This document shows positions 8,619 to 18,415 of a DNA stretch of 64,000 nucleotides, piece after piece. The DNA is from Clostridia bacterium (GTDB lineage Bacteria; Bacillota; Clostridia; Christensenellales; Aristaeellaceae). The stretch is taken from assembly GCA_017526525.1 (NCBI GenBank), contig JAFXRG010000053.1, forward strand, positions 29,765 to 93,764. Reading direction: 5' to 3'. The notes under the pieces are model-generated. The model was not told where the DNA came from. It was given only the letters and a program-made list of their open reading frames with translations, and searched no databases. Position 1 is the first letter of the stretch. Every line of letters starts with the position of its first letter. The position numbers were made by a program, and so were the translations under genes.

Positions 8619-11225
8619 TCACAGCTCAATCTCCGCGCAAACCCTTTCGTCCGCGCTGGATCCGCCGGCGTAAACCAGGTATTTTCCGGGTTCCACAACC
8701 CGCTTCCCCTCTGTTTCCATATAAATGGCCACATCGCAGGGGTCCACGGTAAACTCCGCCCTCCGGCTTTCCTGCGGCGCCAGGTCCGGAAGCCGTTCAA
8801 AGCCGATCAGCCGGCGCAGCGGGTGCACGGTGCCGGAGGGGGAAAGCCGCCGGATATACAGCTGCGCCACCTCGTCGCCGGTGCAGCCGCCGATGTTCCG
8901 CACCTCCACGCTGACCCGCAGCCGGTCCCCGTCCTTCTCCGCCCGCAGATCGCTGTAGCTGAATTCCGTGTAGGAAAGGCCGTATCCGAAAGGATACAGC
9001 ACCGGCTTGTCAAAATACCGGTAGGTCCGGGGGTGGTGAATCAGGTCATAATCCTCCAGCGGCGGAAGATCCGCGTCGCTCCGGTACCAGGTCATGGGCA
9101 GCCGCCCCGCGGGGCTGGCCTCCCCGAAAATCGCGGCCGCCAGCCCATTCCCCAGATCCTGGGATCCCGTAACGTTGGTCAGGATGGCCGGCACAAGCTC
9201 CTGCAGCTGGTTGATGGCGTAGGGATAGTTGGTGATCAGCACCACGGCGGTGTTCGGATTCGCCCGATAAACTACCTCCGCCAGCTTTTCCTGCAGCGGA
9301 ATCATCTCAATGGTGCTCCGGTCAATCTCTTCCTTCGCGTTCACCACCGGGTTGCAGCCCAGTGCCACAATCACCTTTTTGCCTTTCCGGGCCAGGGCGG
9401 CCGCCCGCTCCGTGCCGGAGGAAACCATCTCCGCGGTCAGCACCGCCGCTTCCTTCTCCGATCCAGCCCAGGCCTCCTCGTAGTTTCCGCCTTCCTTCGT
9501 GTTGCTTTCAGGCATCACCCGCCGCAGCGGATCCGTTTTCAGTTTTCCGTCCTCCAGGTAAACGTTCCGGTTGCCGAAACAGTACAGCCGGATTCCGCCG
9601 TTTTCGTCCTGCCAGTACTCCGTCAGCTCCACGCAGTTGGCGTTCCGCGGCTCCGGCCTGCGCACCGCGTCCGCGGTGCCGATGGTAAAGCTCTCCATGA
9701 CGTTCCAGGAAAAAGGCTCTCCGGCGGACAGGCTGATGGTTCCGTCCCCGCCCGCGGTCAGGTATTTCCGGTATTCCGGCGCGTAAAGGAAATTGCTGCC
9801 GCATCCCCAGTTGATCTGTTCAAAAACCACCGCGTCCTCCGCCCGCTCGGTCAGCACCAGCTCCGCCGGTCCCGGAGGAACGGGCCTCCGGGGCATGCCG
9901 GCCGGCCGGCTGCATCCGATATACCGGTCCCCGATCCGGAAACGGTAGCGGTTCAGGCCGTTGTCAAAGGGAATCTCCCGGTGCATTTTCTTTTCCAGCG
10001 CCGCCTTCAGGGTCACCTCGTAAAGGGGCTTCCCGCCGTACCAGTCCCGGTACCAGTGTTCCGCCGCGTGGCCGATCAGCACAATGTCCTCGTCCTTCCG
10101 GAAAGGCAGGAAATGGTTCTCGTTCTTCAGCAGCACGTTGGATTCCACGCTCATCTGCAGGGAAATCCGCTTGGCCTCGTCCGTCCCCACGTCCGCCATG
10201 TCCAGCTCCGCATAGGGATCCTCCGGATCGAAGGCCCCCTGCCGGATCATTTCCGTCAGGATGCAGGCGATGGATTTGTCCATCTCCGCCTCGGTCAGCA
10301 GGCCGCGCTCATAGGCTTCCTTCGCAGCCCGGGTCACCTCCCCCGGATCGTCCAGCATGGCGTCCACGCCGGCCTTCACGGCCTCCGCCAGGGTTTCCGC
10401 GTGGGTCTTGAAATACCGGTGAAAGTTCACAGTCTGCAGGAAATCCCCGCCGTCCGTCATGGCGTAGGTAATGCCCCACCGGTCCTTCAGCAGGTCCTGC
10501 ACCTCGTGATTCAGCATGGCCGGCAGGTGGTTGATCTCGTTGTAGGAGGTCATGACGCCTTCCACGTGCCCCTCCTGGGCGCAGTACCGGTAAGGCTCCA
10601 GCTCGTAGTCATACTTGACCTTGTCGCTGACTTCAAAGCTGTCAAAAGCCCGCCGGTATTCCTGGTTGTTGGCGTAAAAATGCTTCAGCACGGCGCCGGT
10701 CCGCACCCGGTCCCCGCGTTCCCCGGGGGCCAGCGGCTTTCCGTCATACCGGTGCTCCTCCTGCATGCCCAGGATAAACGCGGAAGCCATTTTCCCCGTC
10801 AGGTACGGATCCTCCCCGTATCCTTCCTCGTTCCGGCCCCACCGGGGATCCCGGCACAGGTCCACGGTAGGTCCCAGCCGCCCGTGGCCGCCTTTCCCCA
10901 CCGCGTTGCCGAAGGCGCGGGATTCCTTTCCGGTCACGTCGCCGGCTTTGCGGATCAGTTCCCGGTCAAAGGTGGCCGCCATGCCGATGGGCTGGGGAAA
11001 AGATGTGGTGGGCGTCGGCCCGTAGGCCTCCCACTGTCCGCCCCGGGCCTGCACGCCGTGGGCGCCCTCCCCGCCGCAGGCGGAGGCCGCGATGCCCAGC
11101 CGGTCGTTGCGGATCCGCAGCGAAAAGCAGGCGAACTTCTCTTCCAGGGTCATCCGGGAAAGCAGCGCTTCCGCCCGTTCCCGGGCCGGGAGGGCGGGGT
11201 TGTAAAGCGGATTGTCCTTTTTCAT
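8619..11225 (-). CDS. GH3 beta-glucosidase/xylosidase, cytoplasmic, with C-terminal Fn3-like domain
   Basis: RDPRWGRNEEGYGEDP, KHF, MTSYN, TDG nucleophile region, PAGRLPMTWY, YPFGYGLSYTEF. Confidence 0.92.
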   Translation of the reverse strand: MKKDNPLYNPALPARERAEALLSRMTLEEKFACFSLRIRNDRLGIAASACGGEGAHGVQARGGQWEAYGPTPTTSFPQPIGMAATFDRELIRKAGDVTGKESRAFGNAVGKGGHGRLGPTVDLCRDPRWGRNEEGYGEDPYLTGKMASAFILGMQEEHRYDGKPLAPGERGDRVRTGAVLKHFYANNQEYRRAFDSFEVSDKVKYDYELEPYRYCAQEGHVEGVMTSYNEINHLPAMLNHEVQDLLKDRWGITYAMTDGGDFLQTVNFHRYFKTHAETLAEAVKAGVDAMLDDPGEVTRAAKEAYERGLLTEAEMDKSIACILTEMIRQGAFDPEDPYAELDMADVGTDEAKRISLQMSVESNVLLKNENHFLPFRKDEDIVLIGHAAEHWYRDWYGGKPLYEVTLKAALEKKMHREIPFDNGLNRYRFRIGDRYIGCSRPAGMPRRPVPPGPAELVLTERAEDAVVFEQINWGCGSNFLYAPEYRKYLTAGGDGTISLSAGEPFSWNVMESFTIGTADAVRRPEPRNANCVELTEYWQDENGGIRLYCFGNRNVYLEDGKLKTDPLRRVMPESNTKEGGNYEEAWAGSEKEAAVLTAEMVSSGTERAAALARKGKKVIVALGCNPVVNAKEEIDRSTIEMIPLQEKLAEVVYRANPNTAVVLITNYPYAINQLQELVPAILTNVTGSQDLGNGLAAAIFGEASPAGRLPMTWYRSDADLPPLEDYDLIHHPRTYRYFDKPVLYPFGYGLSYTEFSYSDLRAEKDGDRLRVSVEVRNIGGCTGDEVAQLYIRRLSPSGTVHPLRRLIGFERLPDLAPQESRRAEFTVDPCDVAIYMETEGKRVVEPGKYLVYAGGSSADERVCAEIEL

Positions 11226-11337
11226 GGGGCACCTCCTGCTCCTTGGTTTTTTTCTGCGGTTCTTTCATTCCTTGCTGCCCTCCATCATATCACGGTTCGC
11301 TCAAAAGCGGAACCGCTTCCCGCAAAGATCCGGAACC

Positions 11338-11367
11338 TTGATTTGCCCATTCACCCTGTAGTATAAT
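11338..11367 (+). promoter_or_regulatory. sigma70-type promoter of the Rrf2 gene
   Basis: TTGATT-18 bp-TATAAT. Confidence 0.55.
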
Positions 11368-11395
11368 CTGCGTGTCACGAAAGGGGGATCCCGCC

Positions 11396-11797
11396 ATGAT
11401 TTCAACCAGGGGAAGGTATGCCATCCGCGTCATGATCGATCTTGCCGAAAACGATCAGGGCCGCTTTATTCCCCTCCGGGATATTGCCGAAAGGCAGCAG
11501 ATTTCAAAAAAATACCTGGAAATCATCATGAAGGATATGGTCGCCGGAGGCCTGGTAACAGGCGCCAGCGGCAAGGGCGGCGGCTACCGGCTCTGCCGCC
11601 GGCCGGAGGAATATACTCTGGATGAAATCCTGGAGCTGATGGAGGGAACCATCTCCCCCGTCGCCTGCCTGGCATCCGGCAGCAACACCTGCCCCCGCCG
11701 GGATCAGTGCCAGACCCTGTCCCTCTGGACGGAATACGACCGGGTGGTGCACGATTTCTTCCACAGCAAAAAGCTGTCCGACCTGGTTTCCCGCTGA
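11396..11797 (+). CDS. Rrf2 family transcriptional regulator (IscR/CymR-like, three Cys)
   Basis: MISTRGRYAIR, ISKKYLE, GKGGGYRL, C-x7-C-x5-C. Confidence 0.9.
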   Translation: MISTRGRYAIRVMIDLAENDQGRFIPLRDIAERQQISKKYLEIIMKDMVAGGLVTGASGKGGGYRLCRRPEEYTLDEILELMEGTISPVACLASGSNTCPRRDQCQTLSLWTEYDRVVHDFFHSKKLSDLVSR

Positions 11798-11978
11798 CCG
11801 GAAACGTCTCTCCCGCCGCGGTTTCCGTCCGGGAATCCTTCAGGAAACGGAGTACGTGAAAAAAACCGTTCTTTTTCTTGTCAAAGCTTGTCCCTCAATG
11901 GTATGCTGAATCTGCCCGGCGCCGGAGGATTCCGGCAGCCCGGCCCCGCGGAAAAATGTACTGAAAGGTTGAACGCTG

Positions 11979-13709
11979 ATGAAGCTTGGGAGCCGTCTCT
12001 CGGGGATCCGTTCAAAGACTTCGGAAATACAGGACGCCTTCGGCGCCTCCGCCTCCGCTCCGCTCTGGGGCTTCTTTCTGCTGATCGGTATTTACCTCGT
12101 CGGTTACTTCATGGTTCGCTTCGTCTCCACCTCCGACGGATTCCTCCTCATCGGCGGAGCCCGGATCGCCTACCGGTCCCTGACCGGCGTAACCTCCTCC
12201 CTGTGCAATCTCTGCATCCTGCTGCTGGTCGTTTTCTACCGGAAGTGGGGGCTGATTGTCTCCCTGGCCATGATGGTCCTGTCGGTTCCCATGATGGTGG
12301 TGGAACTGTTCCGCGGAAATTATTCCGTCATTCCCGGCTTCTTCACCAACATCCTGACCCTTACGGCCGCCCTGCTGATTTACATTTTTATGCAGCGGGC
12401 CGGTAAGTATCAGCAAAAGCTGCAGGAACAGGCGGTCACCGAGCGGACCACCGGATTGCCCAACCGCTTTGCCGTCACGGAGCTCATGAACACCCTGATT
12501 CAGAAAAACGAGCCCTTTGCCCTGGCCGTTATCAATCTGAACCATTTCAAAAGCATCAACAACGCCCTGGGCCAGCAGTCCGCCAACGACGCCCTGTGCC
12601 AGATCGGCTCCCGCTGGCTCCGGATTGCTGAAAACGGTTCCTCCGGTACCCGGGACTTCGTGGCCTGCCATGGAGGAAACGAATTCCTCATTCTCCTGCG
12701 GGACTGGACCTCCGATGAGCAGCTGCAGAAAAGCCTGGAATGCTACGCCGCCGCCCTGAAGGAAAAAATCATTGTGGACGATGTGGATTTTGTGCTTTCC
12801 GCCGCCATCGGCTGCGCCGTTTTCCCGGGGGACGCCGGAAACCCGGAGGATCTTGCCGATAAGGCGTATTCCGCCATGATCCGGGCGAAGCAGACCGATC
12901 ACAACGGGTGTATCCTGCGGTTCTCCCCGGAAATGTTCCGGATGGACCGTTTCATGGAAACAGAGCGGAAAATCCGCAGTGCCCTGGATAACAACCGCGT
13001 TTTCTTTGTCCTTCAGCCCCAGTATGATATGTCCCATCAGCTCAGGGGCTTTGAAGCCCTGGCCCGCTTCAGGGATGCGGACGGAACCCTCGTCGACCCG
13101 GAAAATTACGTTCCCGTGGCGGAAAAAGCCGGCCTGGTGGACCGGATTGACCATACCGTGCTTTTCCTGGCCACCGAGTTTTTCGGCAAAGCGGTCCGGG
13201 AAACCGGCTCGGACGCGATTCTCTGCGTCAACGCCTCCGTCCGCCATCTGATGCGCAGCAGCTTTATCGATGAGGTCAAAACCGCGCTGAGCCGCAGCGG
13301 CCTCTCCCCCTCCCAGCTGGAAATTGAAATCACGGAATCCGTCATGATCGACTCCGTGGAGGAAGCGCTGAACTGCATCAGCCGGCTAACGGAAATGGGC
13401 GTGCATGTGGCCATTGACGATTTCGGCACCGGCTATTCCTCCCTCAGCTACCTCAACACGTTCCCCGTGGACATCCTGAAGGTGGATCAGTCCTTCATCC
13501 GGAACCTGGATTCCGGCGAGGACGCCCGCCAGTTTGTGGCGGCCATTATCGCCATCGGCCATGTCATGCATTTCCGCATCCTGGCGGAGGGCATTGAAAA
13601 CCAGCAGCAGCTGGACGTCCTGCGGGAAATCGGCTGCGATTATATCCAGGGGTTCCTGTGGGGCCGGCCCATGTGCCCAGAGGAAGCCGCAAAGCTCCTG
13701 GCCTCCTGA
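11979..13709 (+). CDS. Membrane GGDEF-EAL protein (GGNEF variant), probable phosphodiesterase
   Basis: N-terminal TMs; TGLPNR, GGNEF; QPQY, FEAL, EITES, DDFGTGYSS, EGIE, QGF. Confidence 0.9.
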   Translation: MKLGSRLSGIRSKTSEIQDAFGASASAPLWGFFLLIGIYLVGYFMVRFVSTSDGFLLIGGARIAYRSLTGVTSSLCNLCILLLVVFYRKWGLIVSLAMMVLSVPMMVVELFRGNYSVIPGFFTNILTLTAALLIYIFMQRAGKYQQKLQEQAVTERTTGLPNRFAVTELMNTLIQKNEPFALAVINLNHFKSINNALGQQSANDALCQIGSRWLRIAENGSSGTRDFVACHGGNEFLILLRDWTSDEQLQKSLECYAAALKEKIIVDDVDFVLSAAIGCAVFPGDAGNPEDLADKAYSAMIRAKQTDHNGCILRFSPEMFRMDRFMETERKIRSALDNNRVFFVLQPQYDMSHQLRGFEALARFRDADGTLVDPENYVPVAEKAGLVDRIDHTVLFLATEFFGKAVRETGSDAILCVNASVRHLMRSSFIDEVKTALSRSGLSPSQLEIEITESVMIDSVEEALNCISRLTEMGVHVAIDDFGTGYSSLSYLNTFPVDILKVDQSFIRNLDSGEDARQFVAAIIAIGHVMHFRILAEGIENQQQLDVLREIGCDYIQGFLWGRPMCPEEAAKLLAS

Positions 13710-13750
13710 CCGGTTTGCCCGGATTTCTCTCTCATGAAAGGGTATCTCCT

Positions 13751-14848
13751 ATGCTGATCGAACTCCTGAACCGGCATTTCCTGACGGTTTTTCTGATGAT
13801 CGGATTTTCCCTGAGGCTGTGGACCCGCCGCGGCGTTCCCGAATCCTCCCAGCGCTATTACTGGATGACCGTGATCTGCACGGCCGTCCTGATCGTCACC
13901 GACAGCCTGGATTTCTGGGCCTCCACCCGTCCGGACCTGCGCACCGCCCGCCTGGCATTTTCCGTTCTCGGTTATATTGCGCGTGCCGCCGCGGCGCTGA
14001 GTATCACGCTCACCGTCTGGCCGGGGCCCCGCCGGCCGTTCCTGCTCTGGATTCCCTTTCTCCTGAACGCTGGCATCTATATCTCCGCGTTTTTCACGCC
14101 CATTGCCTTCTCCATCTCCGCGGAAAACCACTTTGTCCGCGGCCCCCTGGGCTATACGGCCTTCGTGGTGGGCTTCCTGTATATCCTGATCTCCGTGATC
14201 ATCACCTGGAAGCGGTTCCGGGACAGGGACCATACCCGGGAGCGCTTTATTCTCTATACCTGCGCCGTGGCCTGTGTCACCGCCGTCATCCTGGATACGG
14301 AAACGGACGGGACCCATGTGAATACGGCCATCATGATCAGCAGCATCTTCCTGTATATGTTCCTCCGCTCCTTTGACGCCAACCTGGACCCGCTGACCAT
14401 GCTGCTGAACCGCTCCTCCTTCTTTGAGGATTGTGCCCGTCTCGGCAGCGCCGTCACCGCGGTGGGTTCCGCCGACGTGAACGGCCTGAAGCAGCTGAAC
14501 GACGCCGTCGGCCATGAGGCGGGGGATGAAGCCCTCCGCGTCATCGCCCGCAGCCTGCAGGATATTTCCGGCAAGAAAATCCTGGTCTACCGCACCGGTG
14601 GGGACGAGTTCGCCGTCCTTTTCCTCCGCCAGGGGGAAAACACCGTCCACGACGCCATGGAAAAGCTGAAAGGCATGGTCCGGGCCAAAGGCTATTCGGT
14701 TTCCACCGGCTACGCCATGCGCGGCGGCTCCAACTCCTTTGCCTCCGTCCGGGACCTGACCCGCCGGGCCGATGAAGACATGTATCAGAACAAGGCCCAG
14801 TTTTACCTGGAGCACATCCACGACCGCCGGAGATCCCCGCGTCGATAA
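13751..14848 (+). CDS. Membrane diguanylate cyclase
   Basis: About 7 TM segments; DPLT.LLNR, DVNGLK.LND..GH..GD, intact GGDEF. Confidence 0.9.
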   Translation: MLIELLNRHFLTVFLMIGFSLRLWTRRGVPESSQRYYWMTVICTAVLIVTDSLDFWASTRPDLRTARLAFSVLGYIARAAAALSITLTVWPGPRRPFLLWIPFLLNAGIYISAFFTPIAFSISAENHFVRGPLGYTAFVVGFLYILISVIITWKRFRDRDHTRERFILYTCAVACVTAVILDTETDGTHVNTAIMISSIFLYMFLRSFDANLDPLTMLLNRSSFFEDCARLGSAVTAVGSADVNGLKQLNDAVGHEAGDEALRVIARSLQDISGKKILVYRTGGDEFAVLFLRQGENTVHDAMEKLKGMVRAKGYSVSTGYAMRGGSNSFASVRDLTRRADEDMYQNKAQFYLEHIHDRRRSPRR

Positions 14849-14929
14849 GGAGACAGGGGACGAGGAGACAGGGGACGGTTCTCTGTCTCCTTATCGAAAA
14901 GGAGACAGAGAACCGTCCCCTGTCTCCTC
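14848..14929. repeat. REP-like palindromic element
   Basis: Perfect 31-bp inverted repeat (14862-14892 / 14899-14929, loop ATCGAA) plus a tandem 15-bp AGGAGACAGGGGACG duplication; lies between convergent genes. Confidence 0.8.
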
Positions 14930-14930
14930 C

Positions 14931-16574
14931 TTACTGCGGAGTTCCGCACACCGTTTCCAGCATTTCCATGTTCCGCAGCAGGGTCACCGCCGGCATCACA
15001 ATGTTGTTCTCCAGCTGAAAATCGTATCCGTTCATAATCAGCGCCAGGGTCATTCCCGTGTCCACCTGGTAGTAAACGTTGGATGTCAGCCCGCTGTAGC
15101 GTCCCTGGTGTCCGAACCAGGTGCCCCGGGGAAACTGGGCGTGCCGCACATTGCTCAGCCCGTAATCGCTCCGGGCCAGGCCGGGCTGGTCCGCCTCCAT
15201 CAGGGATACCGTTTCCCGGTTCAGGATCCGCACCCCGTCCAGCTCGCCCCCGGAAAGCATCATCCGGGCCAGCCGGGTCAGGGACGCGGCGCTGATGTAC
15301 AGCCCGCCCACCGTGTGGCCGTTGTTGGCCCGGGGATCCGCCGTGTTGTTGTAGGCATAATTCAGGTCGTTCTGCACGGAAATAGCCGTCGTGCCGTTGG
15401 TCCGGAGCATGTCCTTCGTCCGGGTGCCCGCCGGCAGGTATTTCGGGGAATAGGCGGCGGTCAGCCCCAGGGGCGCAAACACCGTCCGGTTCATGTAGTC
15501 CTGCACGCTTTCCCCGGTAATGGCCTCAATCAGCCCGCCGAAAAGGGCGCCGTTGTAGTCCGCGTACACAAATCGTGTGCCGGGTTCAATGCTTTCATCA
15601 AAAATGGGATCATATCCGTTCTTTCCGATCCGTTCCCAGTCCGGGCGGTATTTTTCCGCCTTCGGGCTCAGGGAGGAGGTGTGGCTCAGCAGCATCCGGG
15701 CGGTAATCGCCTTGTCCGGATACGCGGGATTGCGCACCGTAAAAGGCAGGTAGTCGCTGATATCCCGGTCCAGGTCCAACTGTCCCCGGTCCACCAGCGT
15801 CATCAGCCCGATCGCCGTCACCCATTTGGTCACCGAGGCAATCCGGAAGCAGGTTTCCGGGTCCGCGCCGCCAAAGCCCCAGGTCAGGATCGTCTTTCCG
15901 TCCTTCGTCAGCACCAGGGTCCCGTTGACCGCGCCGCTCTCCCGCCGAATCCGGTTCAGCAGAACCGCCGCCTCCTCCGGCAGGTGGCCCGTTTCCTTCC
16001 GTGCCGCCGTCCAGGCCGTATCCAGCGCCGCTAGGGTTTTCTTTCCGGCAATCCCGTCCCGCGTCAGCCTTGAAGCCGCCTGGAAGGCAATCACCGCGGC
16101 GCGGGTCCCGTCGTCATAAACGTCATTGACCTCTCCGTCCAGGTAACCGATGTACCGCAGCCGTGCCTTCAGCTCCCGCACTGCTTCGCCCCGGTCCCCC
16201 GGCCGGAGGCTTCCGGAGGCTGCGGCCGGTTTCACACTTCCCGCCGTCTGCTGTGCCGTTGCCCCTCCGGTGCTCCCGCCCCCGGTGGTTCCCCCGCTGC
16301 CGTAAAGGCTGCCCAGCGTTTTCGGCCCGGCGATTCCGTCCGCCTTCAGGCCCGCCTTCCGCTGGTAGGCGGTCACCGCCGCCACCGTGCCTTTTCCGTA
16401 AATTCCGTCCACCCGGATGGTATAAAGGCCCAGCGCCTTCAGGGCGTTCTGAAGCCGGGTCACTTCTTCTCCCCGGGATCCCTTCCGCAGGGTTCCGGCA
16501 GCTGCCGTCGCCCCGGAGACGCACACCGTCAGCAGTCCCAGGACCAGCAGCCAGGCTGTCAGGCGTTTCAGCAT
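14931..16574 (-). CDS. Secreted serine hydrolase (beta-lactamase/PBP fold) with two peptidoglycan-binding domains
   Basis: Signal peptide; two PG_binding_1 repeats (LRKGSRG..V..LQ..L...DGIAG); SVTK, LLSHTSS, HQG. Confidence 0.85.
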   Translation of the reverse strand: MLKRLTAWLLVLGLLTVCVSGATAAAGTLRKGSRGEEVTRLQNALKALGLYTIRVDGIYGKGTVAAVTAYQRKAGLKADGIAGPKTLGSLYGSGGTTGGGSTGGATAQQTAGSVKPAAASGSLRPGDRGEAVRELKARLRYIGYLDGEVNDVYDDGTRAAVIAFQAASRLTRDGIAGKKTLAALDTAWTAARKETGHLPEEAAVLLNRIRRESGAVNGTLVLTKDGKTILTWGFGGADPETCFRIASVTKWVTAIGLMTLVDRGQLDLDRDISDYLPFTVRNPAYPDKAITARMLLSHTSSLSPKAEKYRPDWERIGKNGYDPIFDESIEPGTRFVYADYNGALFGGLIEAITGESVQDYMNRTVFAPLGLTAAYSPKYLPAGTRTKDMLRTNGTTAISVQNDLNYAYNNTADPRANNGHTVGGLYISAASLTRLARMMLSGGELDGVRILNRETVSLMEADQPGLARSDYGLSNVRHAQFPRGTWFGHQGRYSGLTSNVYYQVDTGMTLALIMNGYDFQLENNIVMPAVTLLRNMEMLETVCGTPQ

Positions 16575-16671
16575 TTTCCGGTTCACTCCCGTTCTTGGTT
16601 TCCCCGTTGCGCCCATTGGGGGCCGGGATGTATAATCAGATCTGTACCAATAATATCACGGACGGTGCAGA

Positions 16672-18372
16672 ATGCAAGTTTATTATTTCGTTTCCTTTCT
16701 TCTTTCCCTGTTGCTGAGCGGCATTTACCACATCATCTGGCGAAAGCATTTTGATGTTCACCTGACCCTGGTTTTTGCCCTGGTGCCGATCACCAACATG
16801 GCGTTTTTGCTGCAGAAGCAGGCGCAGACCACGGACGCGGCCCTGATAGCCACCCGTTTTACCTATGTGGGCGGCTGTTTTCTGCAGCTGATCATCATGC
16901 TCACGGTATTCCACTTCTGCGGCATCCGGCTCCGCAGCTGGCTCCGCATTGCCATCCTGCTGCTGTGCAGCGCGGTTTTCCTTTCGGTGCAGACCATCGG
17001 GCGCAGCCCGCTGTTCTATACCCGGGCGGCGCTGGAGCAGGTCGGCGGGGAAACGGTCTTCGTCAAGGAATACGGCGTCATGCACACCGTGTTCTACATC
17101 ATGAACGCCTTGTTTTTTTTCGTCAGTGTGGCCGCCATTGTCTATACCCTGCTCCGGAAAAGCCAGGTCAGCCGGAAAATCCTCCTGCTGCTACTCTTCC
17201 CGGATATTCTCTGCTTTGCATCCTTCTTCGGCGGCCGCCTGGTCTTCCCGGGAATTGAGCTGATTCCGGCCGCCTATCTCGTCGCCCAGGTCTGTTACAT
17301 CTGCATTGCCTTCCGGCTCAGCCTCTACAACGTGTCGGATACGGCAGCCCAGGCCATGGCCCAGACGAATGATTCCTGTTTCATTACCTTTGACCCGCAC
17401 CTCAATTACCTGGGCAGCAACGAAACCGCCCGCCGCCTGCTGCCGCAGCTCAACAACCTGATCATCGACCTCCCGCTGGACCGCAGCCGGGCCATGCAGG
17501 ATAAGCTCCTGCCCTGGCTGATGCAGTACCGGGACCATCCGGAGGACACGGAAGCCAACCGGCATTTTGAAACCTTCGGGGGCAAAATCTACCTGTTCTC
17601 CGTCGCCTCCATCACCGTCCGCAATCGCCTCAAGGGCTATGAAATCATCGGCGTGGACGATACGCTGGACCGGTCCAGCATCAACGCCCTCACCTATACC
17701 AAAGAGGATCTGGAACGAAAAGTCGCTGAAAAAACCGCCCATATCGAGGCCATGCACAACAACCTGGTCATGGGCATGGCCACCATGGTGGAAAGCCGGG
17801 ACAATTCCACCGGCGGCCATATCCGCCGCACCAGCGAGGGCGTGCGTATCCTCCTCGACGCCGTGCGGGAAACCGGCGCCTTTGCCCTGGACGAGGTTTT
17901 CTGCCGCAATCTCATCAAAGCGGCCCCCATGCACGACCTTGGAAAAATCGCCGTGGATGACCGGATTCTCCGCAAACCCGGCCGCTTTGAGCCGGAGGAA
18001 TTCGAAATCATGAAAACCCACGCTGCGGAAGGAGCCCGCATCGTGCATGAAATCCTGAAGGAAACGGATGACCTGGACTTCCATCTCCTGGCGGAAAATG
18101 TGGCGCATTACCACCATGAGCGCTGGGACGGTTCCGGGTATCCCGCCGGCCTGAAGGGAGAAGAAATTCCCCTGGAGGCCCGGATCATGGCCGTGGCGGA
18201 TGTTTACGACGCCCTGGTCAGCAAGCGGGTCTACAAGGATAAAATGTCCTTCGAGAAGGCAAACGCAATTATTCTCGAAGGCATGGGCTCCCAGTTTGAT
18301 CCGTCCCTGGAGCCGGTTTACCGTGCCGCCCGCCCCCGCCTGGAAGCCTATTACGCTTCCCTGGAAAGCTGA
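16672..18372 (+). CDS. 7TM-sensor HD-GYP phosphodiesterase
   Basis: N-terminal 7TM region, PAS-like linker, RDNSTGGH, HDLGK, HHERWDGSGYP, ADVYDAL. Confidence 0.9.
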   Translation: MQVYYFVSFLLSLLLSGIYHIIWRKHFDVHLTLVFALVPITNMAFLLQKQAQTTDAALIATRFTYVGGCFLQLIIMLTVFHFCGIRLRSWLRIAILLLCSAVFLSVQTIGRSPLFYTRAALEQVGGETVFVKEYGVMHTVFYIMNALFFFVSVAAIVYTLLRKSQVSRKILLLLLFPDILCFASFFGGRLVFPGIELIPAAYLVAQVCYICIAFRLSLYNVSDTAAQAMAQTNDSCFITFDPHLNYLGSNETARRLLPQLNNLIIDLPLDRSRAMQDKLLPWLMQYRDHPEDTEANRHFETFGGKIYLFSVASITVRNRLKGYEIIGVDDTLDRSSINALTYTKEDLERKVAEKTAHIEAMHNNLVMGMATMVESRDNSTGGHIRRTSEGVRILLDAVRETGAFALDEVFCRNLIKAAPMHDLGKIAVDDRILRKPGRFEPEEFEIMKTHAAEGARIVHEILKETDDLDFHLLAENVAHYHHERWDGSGYPAGLKGEEIPLEARIMAVADVYDALVSKRVYKDKMSFEKANAIILEGMGSQFDPSLEPVYRAARPRLEAYYASLES

Positions 18373-18375
18373 AAA

Positions 18376-18408
18376 CATCCCTGCCTTCCGGCAGGGATGA
18401 AATTTTTT
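18376..18408. terminator. Intrinsic terminator between convergent genes
   Basis: CATCCCTGCC-TTCC-GGCAGGGATG stem with a T tract. Confidence 0.7.
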
Positions 18409-18415
18409 ATCCGTT

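Noticed and set aside
14931-16574. Beta-lactam resistance gene
   Set aside because: The fold is shared by esterases and peptidases; PG-binding domains and the altered YxN motif point to wall metabolism.
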